From a virus: a stretch of 64,000 nucleotides of DNA. The notes beneath the pieces were generated by a model. The model ran no database searches, was not told where the DNA came from, and was given only the letters and a program-made list of their open reading frames with translations. The stretch's first letter is position 1. The number at the start of each line of letters is the position of its first letter. The stretch lies in the IMG/VR virus record IMGVR_UViG_3300025018_000111, positions 32,001 through 96,000 of that record. One strand, written 5' to 3'. Positions 18,639-29,480 of the stretch are shown here, piece by piece. Made by a program: the position numbers and the translations under genes.

Positions 18639-19267
18639 TGAGCAAGGTGACCGTAGGATTAAATGCCGACATATTCAGGAAGAGTATGATGACAACTCTT
18701 CCTCAGTTGAGAGCCTTAGGAGCTGCGAATATCCAAAGAAAATTTGATGCAGGAGTAAATGATTCTATCAAAACATTAGATTCCCACTCTGTTACTCAAG
18801 AATTGATAGAATCAGCCTCAAATCCTCAAGGAGCAAACTCCAGACTCATAGAGGGGTCCAGCATCTATGCGAACCTTTTTAACGTATTGGGATTTAATCG
18901 CAGAGAAGATCCAGTGTCTAGCTTGAGGGAATTTTTAAGATTAGAGGCTTTCTATTTTGATAAAACCAAAGTCTCTGCTGCATCATTAGGAAACTCGAAG
19001 GTCATATTAGACTATTTTATTTCATTCTCAGATTTAAAAGATACGGACAATTATGAGCAATTCTTATTAGAATGGAATGGTAAGTCGTGGTTGAGATTGA
19101 TAGAGGAGGGAGTGAATAACGTAGAATTTTTCCTCCAAAAAGATAATTACGGGAGAAGCCAAGGAGGGATTCAACTTCCTCATAAGGTAAACGAAATGGC
19201 TAAATTCATTCCTGAGAAATATTACTCTCTAATGATTGAAGCGTTTTTGAGAAGGTTTAAGTTATGA
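18638..19267 (+). CDS. Putative neck/tail completion protein
   Basis: Synteny between stopper and terminator candidates. Confidence 0.35.
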   Translation: MSKVTVGLNADIFRKSMMTTLPQLRALGAANIQRKFDAGVNDSIKTLDSHSVTQELIESASNPQGANSRLIEGSSIYANLFNVLGFNRREDPVSSLREFLRLEAFYFDKTKVSAASLGNSKVILDYFISFSDLKDTDNYEQFLLEWNGKSWLRLIEEGVNNVEFFLQKDNYGRSQGGIQLPHKVNEMAKFIPEKYYSLMIEAFLRRFKL

Positions 19268-20130
19268 TGCAACCGCAATTCAGTAATAAATTAAACAGCA
19301 GTCTTTATCTTTTCATAGACCACGAGTTATTGAACAGTGGAGAAGCATATTCCACGATATCTTCTCTATTCTATGATCAAACAAGTTCTCAAGATAGAAA
19401 CTTTGGACTTTTCACTTATTCTTCTCCATACCAAGGATTTGTTTACGACTCAAGCATCACTGGAGCCTCTGTTCCAACAGGATTGTATGTAGGAGGCGTT
19501 TTCACGCCCATAGGGGGCGGAGGACTAGAGGCAATCAACTATGAACGTGGAGAGTGTTATTTCTCATCGGCTCCGGCGGGAGAAGTTAGCGGGGATTTCT
19601 CTACTAAAGATTTTAATCTTGAATTGACATCTCTTCCTGAAATGACCTTATTGTTTGAGACCAAATACGAAATAACCCCAAGAACAACTCAAACACTATC
19701 TTACAATGATCCAGATTCTAGGACGATGCCTATTATTTTCATTAAACCTAGAAAAAGCTATAATGAAGAAGTGGCTATGGGAGGATTTGAGGAAAGTATG
19801 GATGTTTATAGGCTTTTCGTTTTTACAGACAATCAATTCCATTTAGATGCAACTTGTTCGATTTTGAGAGACAGTGTAAGGAAGCATTTCGGTCACTTTG
19901 AATTATCAGAAATGCCTTTCAATAGCTTAGGAGGACTAAACGATAACTCTTTCAACTACGACTCAGTTGTTGCGACAAAAAATGGGCAGGATATAAGCAG
20001 AATTGAAAAAGTAGAGGTGATCCACAATTCTCAAGAATTGTTTAGGAGAAATTCGGATAAAATCAATTACCAAATTTTCACAGCGATAGTTGATCTAACT
20101 GTTTCATCGTTCAGACACCCACGTTTATAA
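19264..20130 (+). CDS. Putative tail terminator protein
   Basis: Synteny; PIIFI...MGG...YRLFVFTDN...LD pattern resembles terminator folds. Confidence 0.4.
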   Translation: MMQPQFSNKLNSSLYLFIDHELLNSGEAYSTISSLFYDQTSSQDRNFGLFTYSSPYQGFVYDSSITGASVPTGLYVGGVFTPIGGGGLEAINYERGECYFSSAPAGEVSGDFSTKDFNLELTSLPEMTLLFETKYEITPRTTQTLSYNDPDSRTMPIIFIKPRKSYNEEVAMGGFEESMDVYRLFVFTDNQFHLDATCSILRDSVRKHFGHFELSEMPFNSLGGLNDNSFNYDSVVATKNGQDISRIEKVEVIHNSQELFRRNSDKINYQIFTAIVDLTVSSFRHPRL

Positions 20131-20131
20131 A

Positions 20132-21781
20132 ATGAGAAGGAGAATCCATTATCCAAATGATAGCGTTTACATTGGTCCAAGTCCTGCCAGTGGATATCAT
20201 TTTAGTGTTAATGGGACAGGTGTTTCTACAGAAGATTTAGCCACGGTCCAGTCTGAGCTAAACAATTCGTCCTTAGATAAATCTGATATTACTAATCTTG
20301 TATCGCAAGTCTTTGGAGTACAATCTTATTATTATCAGATCAGAGAGAATGTTATTCCGGTCGGTGGATATGGAACAATGGGTCCACTTGGATATTTAAA
20401 AGCGGCTCCATCTCAGATTGAGTTCGGATTTGATTATATAATAAACAGCTTCCAAAATGAATATAACTTCGGGTTCAAATGTTCTGGAGAGAACAATATC
20501 TTGTCAAGCCTGATAGATTATTCCGAAGATTCTCACAACTTTTTTATCAAAACAGTAAAAGAAGGATATGACTCTATAGATTATACCGATAATGAAGATA
20601 CATCTATCATATCTTTCAGTAATTGTCAGATAAACTCGTATTCATTTGCCTATAATGTTAATTCCCTTCCCGTTGCTAGAGCATCATTCGTTTCGGACAA
20701 TATACAAGTAAACATTGACTCCTTGACTGGGATACAATCCCCATATATCGATAAAACCACTAATCAAAAATCTGATTATTACTTTTCTATTCCAACGGGG
20801 AGAAGTTTTCCAGATGAAACTGGGAACGATAAAGTATCTGTTCTGAGGAATGGGGATGTATCTATAGATGTTTATGAAAAATTATACCAAGGAAGGAGAA
20901 TAGGTCTTTTAAATATAAACGACACCCCATCTTTTCTTGGTCAAAAAATCCAAAGTGCGACAATCCAATCTTTCGACTGTAATCTCAATATTTTCAGAGA
21001 CGAAACTCCTGCTTTAGGATCTAAGATACTCAAGAGCAGATCAATTGTTAGTCCATTATATGCCGAATTATCCGTTTCGGCAATATGTAATGATTACAAT
21101 ACAGGATCTTTCATAGATTCATTAGAGGAAAATCGTGTTTACAAAATAGACCTATCTGTTAAGAAGCCGTCCTGTTATCCAGAGTCTAGGGAAGATTTCG
21201 TAAGATACTATTTCAATGATTGTTATTTGCAGGAAAAGTCTTATTCTCTCGGTATCGGATCTAACAAAACCGTAGATTATAAATTCGTCGCTCCCATTTA
21301 CTCCGAAGATAATGATAATTACGGGATGAAGATTAGCGGGTATTATAATCCTACTAAACAAACACTATCTTCAACGGGAATTCAAGAAGAAATTCAAAAT
21401 ACTTCTTTTACAGGGTTGGCGTCAGACGATTTCGAGACTTATTCACTTGGATATTTTAGTACGGGAGATGTTTATTCCTCCTTGAATGACGGACAAGGGT
21501 TTTATAGAGGCTGGAATATTTACAAGCATTTGTCGGGAGAACAAGTTTGGTTTGATGCGTCTGAATACGACGTTCAAGAAATTGCCGCTGAAACAATCTC
21601 TATATCAAGAGGATATGATACAAGTTTAACATTTTTACCATCTCAATTTGGGATGCAAGGGAACGAGACTTTCTCTAGTTACTCTCCTTTCAGTGGATAC
21701 GGGGTGACTGGAAATCTTGTCGCAGGAACATTGTGGACAGGGACTTGGGGATTTTTAGATACTCCTAGCGGGAGTTATTGA
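20132..21781 (+). CDS. Tail-tube-like protein (paralog 2) with C-terminal extension
   Basis: VYIGPSPASGY, VQSY, FSNCQINSYS and IQSFDCNL...LGSK motifs shared with 24000-25199. Confidence 0.55.
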   Translation: MRRRIHYPNDSVYIGPSPASGYHFSVNGTGVSTEDLATVQSELNNSSLDKSDITNLVSQVFGVQSYYYQIRENVIPVGGYGTMGPLGYLKAAPSQIEFGFDYIINSFQNEYNFGFKCSGENNILSSLIDYSEDSHNFFIKTVKEGYDSIDYTDNEDTSIISFSNCQINSYSFAYNVNSLPVARASFVSDNIQVNIDSLTGIQSPYIDKTTNQKSDYYFSIPTGRSFPDETGNDKVSVLRNGDVSIDVYEKLYQGRRIGLLNINDTPSFLGQKIQSATIQSFDCNLNIFRDETPALGSKILKSRSIVSPLYAELSVSAICNDYNTGSFIDSLEENRVYKIDLSVKKPSCYPESREDFVRYYFNDCYLQEKSYSLGIGSNKTVDYKFVAPIYSEDNDNYGMKISGYYNPTKQTLSSTGIQEEIQNTSFTGLASDDFETYSLGYFSTGDVYSSLNDGQGFYRGWNIYKHLSGEQVWFDASEYDVQEIAAETISISRGYDTSLTFLPSQFGMQGNETFSSYSPFSGYGVTGNLVAGTLWTGTWGFLDTPSGSY

Positions 21782-21783
21782 TC

Positions 21784-22485
21784 ATGAGCGTATCTATACA
21801 AGAAATAATAATCGGTTCAGAATCTGACTGGAGTTTATGTTTAGAGAACTCTTCCGCAGTCATAGGAATGCCCCTAGAAGATACGTCGTGGACTAAGATG
21901 AGGATAGGAATGTCTTTATCTATATATAGTCCATCTCATGCCACGATAAGTTCATCTCCAAAATTAGCGGTTGGTCTTGGAAACAACATGGAAATGAGTA
22001 TGTACGGAGCAGATACGGTTCAAAACTGGATAGGACTTGTTTGCACTCCAGTCTCATTCGTGTGGAACGCTACTTATAATCATTACGATGCTTCTTCGAC
22101 TAATGGTAATTTAAAAAAGGTGGTGAACTCTGTAGAATCTAGCGCAAGCAGTATATTAAACAACTGGGACATTGGATCTACTACCAATCCAGCAGATGCA
22201 AATGACATAAGGACGGGGATATTTATAGATATAGAAAAATCTGGAACTACATACACTTTCAGAGTTTTTACTAAAACGTCTTCAGTGAGCACCGATCTTT
22301 CTAATTCCGACTTTAATGACCTGATGGAATTTCCATATCAGTTATGCGTTAAATCTGGATATTCTTATTATACTGCCAGAAGTACTACTCTGGACGAAAG
22401 TGTATATCCATTAAATAGTTTGTCTATATATTGGAATAAACAGGAAACCTTAGCCATTCATAGATTGGCGTATTCGTTTTTGTAA
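21784..22485 (+). CDS. Hypothetical virion protein, triplicate family copy 1
   Basis: Motifs WxxMRIG, RTGIFIDIEK...FRVF and LN.L...WNK shared with the next two genes. Confidence 0.6.
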   Translation: MSVSIQEIIIGSESDWSLCLENSSAVIGMPLEDTSWTKMRIGMSLSIYSPSHATISSSPKLAVGLGNNMEMSMYGADTVQNWIGLVCTPVSFVWNATYNHYDASSTNGNLKKVVNSVESSASSILNNWDIGSTTNPADANDIRTGIFIDIEKSGTTYTFRVFTKTSSVSTDLSNSDFNDLMEFPYQLCVKSGYSYYTARSTTLDESVYPLNSLSIYWNKQETLAIHRLAYSFL

Positions 22486-22489
22486 CATC

Positions 22490-23176
22490 ATGGAAATCGA
22501 ACAACGATCAATTGTATCCCCTAGTGTCTCTGACATTGTAATGAGCTTGGACAATGAGCAAGCTACTAGAGAGATGGATATTGATACGAATTGGAATACC
22601 ATCAGAATAGGAGCAAGAGTCCACATTTATTATAAGTTTGGATCTAATTTAAATATTCTTCATGATCCCAAATTTTTCATGGGAGTAAGTTCTAGTTCGG
22701 GAGTTTGGGATAATAGCGCACATTTTGTAGGATTATCTTATATTGCAGCAGATTTGCCATATGACTCTGGTTCAAATTCTTACAAAGACAAAACATCTGG
22801 AAGCGAAATGTATTTTAATGTTGTAGAATCTGGGCAGCAAGTATCTAGCGAAACAGCAGGTCAGGGATATTATTTTGGAGCCGGTCTAGAAAAAAGATTA
22901 GGATTGTTCCTTGAGATACAAAAAAATTTGCCATATGATTTTAGATTTTTTCGAGCATCATCTGGATCTGCTACTGATATTTCGGATTCAGAATTCAATT
23001 CAGTTATGGAGGCGGAATTTGAGTCGGCATCATTGTCTAATTATAGTTACGGGGATTCCAGATCCTACAATGTAAATGAAGCGACGCATGGAGATTTAGA
23101 TCATTTGTGCTTTGCTTGGAATAAAAGTTTTATGAGCGTTGAATTTTCCAAAATAGCATATTACAAAATAGATTGA
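22490..23176 (+). CDS. Hypothetical virion protein, triplicate family copy 2
   Basis: WNTIRIG, HFVG, RLGLFLEIQK...FRFFR, YSYGDS, WNKS. Confidence 0.6.
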   Translation: MEIEQRSIVSPSVSDIVMSLDNEQATREMDIDTNWNTIRIGARVHIYYKFGSNLNILHDPKFFMGVSSSSGVWDNSAHFVGLSYIAADLPYDSGSNSYKDKTSGSEMYFNVVESGQQVSSETAGQGYYFGAGLEKRLGLFLEIQKNLPYDFRFFRASSGSATDISDSEFNSVMEAEFESASLSNYSYGDSRSYNVNEATHGDLDHLCFAWNKSFMSVEFSKIAYYKID

Positions 23177-23225
23177 TCATCGGTTGCCCGATATCAATGA
23201 CGAGGTTTCCTTTCACAAAAAAAAT

Positions 23226-23951
23226 ATGACAAAAGAGATCGTACAAAGAACCATACTGTCTGTGGATACTAAACTATTGTCTATAGCTTCTGGAGCCATT
23301 TCTATACCAATAGAGGGGGAGTGGAATAGTATAACGTTGGGGATATTGGGAGGATTATACTCTGATTCTCCTCAAAATTTAGCTTATGTTGGATCTTTAT
23401 TTAAAATGGGATTATTTGATTCTGAGGATAGTATAAATTCCGACAATTCGTTATCGTCCCATTTTGTAGGCATGGAATTAGAAGGAGCTATTGATTACGA
23501 TGCAACATACGATTATTACAAAAATTCAGCATCTGGTTCGCAAGAAATGAAAATGAGGATTCTCCAAAGCGGATCATCTGTTTACTATCAAGATTTTGGG
23601 TTGGGCAACTATTTTGGATCTATCCCAAACAAAAAATTAGCTCTTTTCTTGCAGATTAAAAAAGGTGCCAGCTTCTACAGTTTTAGATTCTTCAGATCCA
23701 ATCTTTCTTCAACTCCATCCACTAATTTTGAGGATTTTTTAATAAATATGCAGGCTAACTTCCCAGTTAGTATATCGGGCGGGATGTATGATACTCCTTT
23801 GAACGATTCTTATGGATACTCCTATGGAGATTCACTAGGAAGCGCAGTAGACGAAAGTACTTACGGAGCATTAAATACTTTCGGAGTTCTTTGGGCCAAA
23901 AGCGAGCCGAGACTAGAAATAGAAAAAATGTCTTACTGCATTATTGATTAA
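23226..23951 (+). CDS. Hypothetical virion protein, triplicate family copy 3
   Basis: WNSITLG, HFVG, KLALFLQIKK...FRFFR, YSYGDS, WAKS. ATG 23226 aligns the N-terminus (EIVQRTI) with copy 2. Confidence 0.6.
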   Translation: MTKEIVQRTILSVDTKLLSIASGAISIPIEGEWNSITLGILGGLYSDSPQNLAYVGSLFKMGLFDSEDSINSDNSLSSHFVGMELEGAIDYDATYDYYKNSASGSQEMKMRILQSGSSVYYQDFGLGNYFGSIPNKKLALFLQIKKGASFYSFRFFRSNLSSTPSTNFEDFLINMQANFPVSISGGMYDTPLNDSYGYSYGDSLGSAVDESTYGALNTFGVLWAKSEPRLEIEKMSYCIID

Positions 23952-23999
23952 TAGTGTATTAAATTAAGAGAAACCTAATAAAACCTTTCAGAACATATT

Positions 24000-25199
24000 A
24001 TGTCAGTAACAAGAAATAGACGATTTTTCCAAGGTGATAATTTATACGTCGGACCTACTCCTAGCACCGGCAATTTTTTCACCGATATTGATGGAAACAA
24101 AATCAACGATGCTACAGGTAATAACCTGATCGAACAACTTTACAGGGTCCAAAGCTACAGCTACGACTTTAACAGTCCTAAAGAAATGGTCGGCCAGTTC
24201 GGAGAATTGGAAGAAATCGACCAAGTGACACTGACCACGCCAACGGTCAATTTGAATTTCAATTATCTTCTAGCGAATTTTGAGAATGAAAGACGATTGG
24301 GATTCACAATAGATGGATCTACAACATGCGTCAAAAATATTCTTGATAAAACTCAAGACGACAAATGCTATTTCATCCGATCAGCTCCACAAGGAATTGA
24401 TGGAGTAGGTGATACCACGAGTGACAGTACAGTTTCCATCCTTGGATTTGGGAATGGATATATCACATCTTATTCCACAGAAGGAAGCGTTGGGTCTATG
24501 CCGACCGTGAGCGTTTCCGTTGAAGGATTGAACGCTGTTTTCTCAGAGATGGGAACTAGTGGATATTCCCCTTCTATCAACACTGATTCAGGATTGAGAT
24601 TGACTGATACGATCTTTAATCTCCCTACCGCAACAACAAACGCAACCGGAACTGGGGATACGAGAACTATCAGTGTATTGAGACCTCAAGATATTACGGT
24701 CACAATTACTCAGGCGGATTCTCCTTTGAATTCTCTCCCTACTGGAGCCAAATCTACTTATTCCACAATGGGGGCAAATCTGGCTACTGCTAGGGTTCAA
24801 AGCTACTCTCTTGGATTTGATTTGTCCAGAACGGCAATCGAAGGTCTCGGATCTCGTTATGCTTTCGATAGAGAAGTTACTTATCCATCCACAGTCACAT
24901 TTACAATTGATGCGTTGGCCGGAGATTTGAATACAGGATCTTGGAACGATCTTGTTGAATGCACAAAGGTTTATGATGTTCAGGTTGATTTGAAAGATCC
25001 TTCTTGCGATCCTTCTACTCGCGAAGTTGTTGCTCAATACAAATTGAAAAACACAAGAATGATCTCCTACTCTTCCTCTATGGGAATCGGAGACAACCAA
25101 ACTGTTAATATGCAATTCCAATCTAGCTTGGCAGGACATAAAACAAGCGGTTCTACTACTAGCAAGGGATTATACATGAGCGGGATTGTAGAGGCTTAA
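24000..25199 (+). CDS. Major tail tube protein (paralog 3)
   Basis: Own GTGTAT motif (23954-23959); capsid-like codon usage; beta-rich; upstream of chaperones and tape measure. Confidence 0.6.
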   Translation: MSVTRNRRFFQGDNLYVGPTPSTGNFFTDIDGNKINDATGNNLIEQLYRVQSYSYDFNSPKEMVGQFGELEEIDQVTLTTPTVNLNFNYLLANFENERRLGFTIDGSTTCVKNILDKTQDDKCYFIRSAPQGIDGVGDTTSDSTVSILGFGNGYITSYSTEGSVGSMPTVSVSVEGLNAVFSEMGTSGYSPSINTDSGLRLTDTIFNLPTATTNATGTGDTRTISVLRPQDITVTITQADSPLNSLPTGAKSTYSTMGANLATARVQSYSLGFDLSRTAIEGLGSRYAFDREVTYPSTVTFTIDALAGDLNTGSWNDLVECTKVYDVQVDLKDPSCDPSTREVVAQYKLKNTRMISYSSSMGIGDNQTVNMQFQSSLAGHKTSGSTTSKGLYMSGIVEA

Positions 25200-25204
25200 T
25201 CATT

Positions 25205-25618
25205 ATGGCTACTCAAACAATATACGAGAATAATCCGAGTATTCCAATGATCCAAATGGTGACTTGGAATTCTCAGGAACAGAGATATGAAGTATTAGAT
25301 ACTAAAAACCTTGCCGTTGCAAGCGGGGGCGGGGTATCAGTAGATTCTTCAGACTTCTTTTCCGTAACAACTAGCTCTGCTGGAACCGGATGGGAAACTT
25401 TGACCGGAATAAGTTGTGACAGTGTATTGATTGATAATGACACTAGTTATCAAATCGAAATCCGCAAGAACACTGGTAATATGGTAGCAAAAACTATCGA
25501 ACCATCTTCGGTTTTCAGAGTTCAAGCCATCACCAATGCTAACGAGATTGACGTTAGAAGGGTTGACCAAAGCACGACTCAACTGTCGATGGTTTGGGAA
25601 TGGGAGAAGTATCAGTAA
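25205..25618 (+). CDS. Hypothetical virion protein
   Basis: 137-aa ORF co-oriented between the tube and fibre genes. Confidence 0.5.
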   Translation: MATQTIYENNPSIPMIQMVTWNSQEQRYEVLDTKNLAVASGGGVSVDSSDFFSVTTSSAGTGWETLTGISCDSVLIDNDTSYQIEIRKNTGNMVAKTIEPSSVFRVQAITNANEIDVRRVDQSTTQLSMVWEWEKYQ

Positions 25619-25640
25619 TTTAGGAATATAATAAAGGAAT

Positions 25641-28600
25641 ATGGCATACGATTTCTCGAAAGGTTTAAAAAGGTACGGAAAAATAGGTTCTGTAAATAGA
25701 GGCGACGGATTGAGTGGGATCAAAAGTGGTCCCAACTCTCCGTTCGTTCCTCGTAAAAATCCTCATCTGTTAGCGGAATATTTTGAGTCCGAATCGACAG
25801 GTGGAGACAGTTCCAGATTGTTGGATACGTCAAGATTCGGCACGCGCAGGACGGGGCAGGAGGGCAGGGGGTACCTTTATGACGGGGTAGATGATTACTC
25901 GGTTATGGATTCAGAGATTACTCTGAGTGGGGATTTCAGTATTTCATGGCATCAAAAAGCGACTTCGTTTGCTGCTCCGTTTCACGTTTTCTACAAAGCA
26001 AGTACGGATAGAATTTATTTTAATGGGTCTAACAGCTTTAGGTTTGTTGCAAATAATTTGCAGTCTATTATTACTATTTCTCCATCATTAGTCGCCGGAA
26101 CTGATTATCATTTAGTGTTAGTCAGATCGTCTGGGCAGGTTACGTTATACATCGACGGAGTCGCGCAGGCGGACGTTGAGACAAACGCAAATGATTTTGA
26201 CATGCTTCAAGTCAGTAGATCTGATACTGATAAATTAAACGCCAAGGTTTTCGATATCAGAATTTTCGATTTTGCTCTAACTCAAACCGAGATTGATTTT
26301 GTCAGGACGTTCGGCAGATCAGGCACTGACTCTGGATTACCAATCCATTGGTGGAAATGCGACGAGCAAGCAGGGGTCATTGGTTACGACTCCGTGGGTG
26401 GGAACAACCTGACTCATAACAGCATTACGACAGCGACGTTCCACTCCACACAAGACATTTACAGTTTTCAGAATCAGGTGGGTTACAATGAAGGAAGGAA
26501 TTTGGTTCAGAGTTCTTTAACGTTAGGTACAGGATGGGGTAAACTGAATATAACCATCACGTCAGGCATATCTGACCCAGAAGGTGGGACTAACGCGCAT
26601 AAAGTTGAAGCGACAAGCACCTCCTCAACCTCGTTCACCCAAGTAGTCCCATCGCTGGCGAAATTCAGCGGATATTATGTGTATAGCTGTTACATTAAAA
26701 AAGGATCAAGCGCGACAGATTTCGGATATTTAAATTTAAGAATTAATTCAGGCCCGAGAACTGGAAATATAGCAACAGGGGTTATCAACTTTGATACCGG
26801 CGTTTTAAATGTGACAGGGAACGCTAACGCTGGCGGTCAAGCAACTATCGTTGGGGATGGTTGGTATTTGGTCGAAATTTACGACGACACTATTGTAGCT
26901 GGCGATGCTGCAAGAATTTACATTGCTACTGGTGGAGGCTCATCTAACTCAGGGATATTTGCTTATTTTTACGCTCCTCAGCTAGAGGCGGGAACACAAA
27001 GAGGTTTAACGCAGCTAACTGGTGTTTATTATATCACCGAAGACACTATTCTACCCAGCGACGAATCCGACCCAACAAAAGACGTACTCGGAAACCCGTT
27101 GACCTACACAGGACGACGACCAAACGACGCGGCTTTGATTAACTCAAATTGCGTCACGATCAACGGCACTAACCAAATCGTCCTTGTACCTCATTCGTCG
27201 GATTTAGATATTTCTGACAATTTAACGGTTAGCGTTTGGGCGAAAAACAACGACTCAGCTCTCAGTGGGGCTGTTGAGTATTTATTGTCAAGGTATGCAA
27301 CAACGTCCAGCAAAAGGATTTGGGGGCTAGCCGTGATTAGTGCAGGAAACTATTTATCGGCGCAGATAGGCAACTCGGCCGGAACTAGTGCTACCACTCA
27401 AGTTTCTACCAACGCAGTGGTCCCTGATGCGTGGAATCACTATGCTTTTACGTTTTCTGGAGGCGTTGTTAAATTGTACAATAACGGCGCGCTGCTAAGC
27501 TCTGCTGGCGCGGGGCACATGGTAACGCTGTATGATACTGATGTAGATTTGAGTCTTGGAAGTAGTTTTAGCATTGAACCGGCAACTACAAACAGATGGG
27601 ACGGCCAAATCTTTGACGCTAGAATTTACGCAGGGGACTCAACAGTTTTAACCGATGCTCAAATCCTATCAATCTACGAAAATCCGACAGGAAATATAAA
27701 CTTTGACGGCCAGACATTAGCAGCTCATTACAAACTGGCTGAGGGGGCGGGAGTGACTTGCTACGACTCCAGCGGTAACGGAAATCACGGGACTATAACT
27801 AAAGCGGTTAATAACTGGGGAGTGACTCAGGATCTTGTTCATTCAAATTTGCTCAACGGGTTCAGTCTCTACGAACACGCCAGCTCTGATCCTATCCGAG
27901 TTCCGTTTGATTCCACAGGCAATCCGATTTCAATTACGCCGCCAACAGGCTACACATTGACAGGCCATTTCCCATCAGGCTCCTACCACAACAACGCAGA
28001 GGCTGAGATTGATTTTAACCCAGACTCAACGCCAGAGATGACGAATATTTACACCGAGTCAGTATTCAATGGAACGTCGTCCCATGCGTATGTCACTAAC
28101 AATTCTGTATTAAACTTCACGGATAATCTCTCCGTCTCTTGCTGGGCAAAACATGATTCTCAAGATATTTCTACTCAATCTGACACTCTAGTTTCTATGT
28201 ATGAAAATACCGGAAACCTACAAGTCTGGAGAATGGAAATAACAACTGACCAATTATTCAGATTCATGATTGGGAACAGTGCAGGATCTGGAATGACCAA
28301 CGAAACCGCAGATGTTGCACACCCAATTGATTCTTGGAATCATTATTTGGCAACATTCGATGAAGGAGTTGTAAAACTCTATATTAACGGGGAACTTCAA
28401 TCATCTACAACAAGTTCGGCTCACGCGGCTTCTTTGAATGGTCGGTCTGGCCCATTAGTATTAGGGGCATTTAATTGGTCCGCTGGAGGAGGAAGCCAGC
28501 AAGGATGGGATGGTTCTATTAGGAATATCAGGATCTATAAGGGTGACTCCTCACCGCTTTCATCCTCTCAAATTAGTCGAGACATGATGGAAACCGAGTC

Positions 28601-29477
28601 TCAGCCTAGATTTGACGATCAAACTGTTATTGCATCTTATGATCTGGTCAAAGACACCTTAGACAGAAGCGGAAATTCTTTAAATGCCACGAACAATGGT
28701 ATCACATTCACTCAAAAAACCCTCCCGTCCGCTTATTCTTTCGGCACTGATTTAGGATCGGATGGAATCATAAGTAAAACATCAAAGTTTGAAGGCAATG
28801 AATGGGGGGCTGTATTTGACGCAAATTCTTATATTAATATTGGCGATCGAAAAAAACTAAAGATCACTATAGAACCTTTCGAGATTGAAGCTACTATCAG
28901 ACTAACTGGAACTGGAGCTTACGACATATTCTCAAAATATCAAACCGCATCCAATAAGAGATGTTATAGGTTTTACGTGTCGAATGGAGAACTGTTTTTT
29001 ACAACAACCTCAAACGGATCTACGACTGCAACATTGATAGGGTCTGTGAGTGTGAATGATGGTGAGTGGCACAAAGTAAAAGCCGTGAGAGAAACTGCGT
29101 CTTCAACAACTGTAAAATTGTATATAGACTCGGTCGAGGATACCGGAACTGCTGGAGCAATTGATTCGTCAATTTTCGATTCTAATAGCTTCGCAAGTAT
29201 CGGGGCTTACAATTTGGACGCAACTCCTGCTGGAGAGTTCGATGGGAATATTCGGGATTTAAAAGTCACTGTGGGAGGAGTTGTTGTCGGACATTGGGAA
29301 TTAAGTAAAGATACGAGAGATTCTTCTCCAAATGATTATCACGGAGAGAATACGGGCGTTACTTTTTATTCTCCAATCTCAGAATATTCGATGAATATTT
29401 TTAGTCAAGATCCTTTCAGTAAGTATTCTCAATTCGGTAAAAAATATAACAAATCAAGGTTATACGAAAATTTCTAA
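25641..29477 (+). CDS. Tail fibre/receptor-binding protein with multiple LamG (concanavalin A-like) domains
   Basis: FDGxDDY-like starts, WNHYAFTF..GVVKLY.NG, DGEWHKV, WDGQIFDARIY, and a DSSGNGNHGT linker; about four LamG modules. Confidence 0.8.
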   Translation: MAYDFSKGLKRYGKIGSVNRGDGLSGIKSGPNSPFVPRKNPHLLAEYFESESTGGDSSRLLDTSRFGTRRTGQEGRGYLYDGVDDYSVMDSEITLSGDFSISWHQKATSFAAPFHVFYKASTDRIYFNGSNSFRFVANNLQSIITISPSLVAGTDYHLVLVRSSGQVTLYIDGVAQADVETNANDFDMLQVSRSDTDKLNAKVFDIRIFDFALTQTEIDFVRTFGRSGTDSGLPIHWWKCDEQAGVIGYDSVGGNNLTHNSITTATFHSTQDIYSFQNQVGYNEGRNLVQSSLTLGTGWGKLNITITSGISDPEGGTNAHKVEATSTSSTSFTQVVPSLAKFSGYYVYSCYIKKGSSATDFGYLNLRINSGPRTGNIATGVINFDTGVLNVTGNANAGGQATIVGDGWYLVEIYDDTIVAGDAARIYIATGGGSSNSGIFAYFYAPQLEAGTQRGLTQLTGVYYITEDTILPSDESDPTKDVLGNPLTYTGRRPNDAALINSNCVTINGTNQIVLVPHSSDLDISDNLTVSVWAKNNDSALSGAVEYLLSRYATTSSKRIWGLAVISAGNYLSAQIGNSAGTSATTQVSTNAVVPDAWNHYAFTFSGGVVKLYNNGALLSSAGAGHMVTLYDTDVDLSLGSSFSIEPATTNRWDGQIFDARIYAGDSTVLTDAQILSIYENPTGNINFDGQTLAAHYKLAEGAGVTCYDSSGNGNHGTITKAVNNWGVTQDLVHSNLLNGFSLYEHASSDPIRVPFDSTGNPISITPPTGYTLTGHFPSGSYHNNAEAEIDFNPDSTPEMTNIYTESVFNGTSSHAYVTNNSVLNFTDNLSVSCWAKHDSQDISTQSDTLVSMYENTGNLQVWRMEITTDQLFRFMIGNSAGSGMTNETADVAHPIDSWNHYLATFDEGVVKLYINGELQSSTTSSAHAASLNGRSGPLVLGAFNWSAGGGSQQGWDGSIRNIRIYKGDSSPLSSSQISRDMMETESQPRFDDQTVIASYDLVKDTLDRSGNSLNATNNGITFTQKTLPSAYSFGTDLGSDGIISKTSKFEGNEWGAVFDANSYINIGDRKKLKITIEPFEIEATIRLTGTGAYDIFSKYQTASNKRCYRFYVSNGELFFTTTSNGSTTATLIGSVSVNDGEWHKVKAVRETASSTTVKLYIDSVEDTGTAGAIDSSIFDSNSFASIGAYNLDATPAGEFDGNIRDLKVTVGGVVVGHWELSKDTRDSSPNDYHGENTGVTFYSPISEYSMNIFSQDPFSKYSQFGKKYNKSRLYENF

Positions 29478-29480
29478 AAT

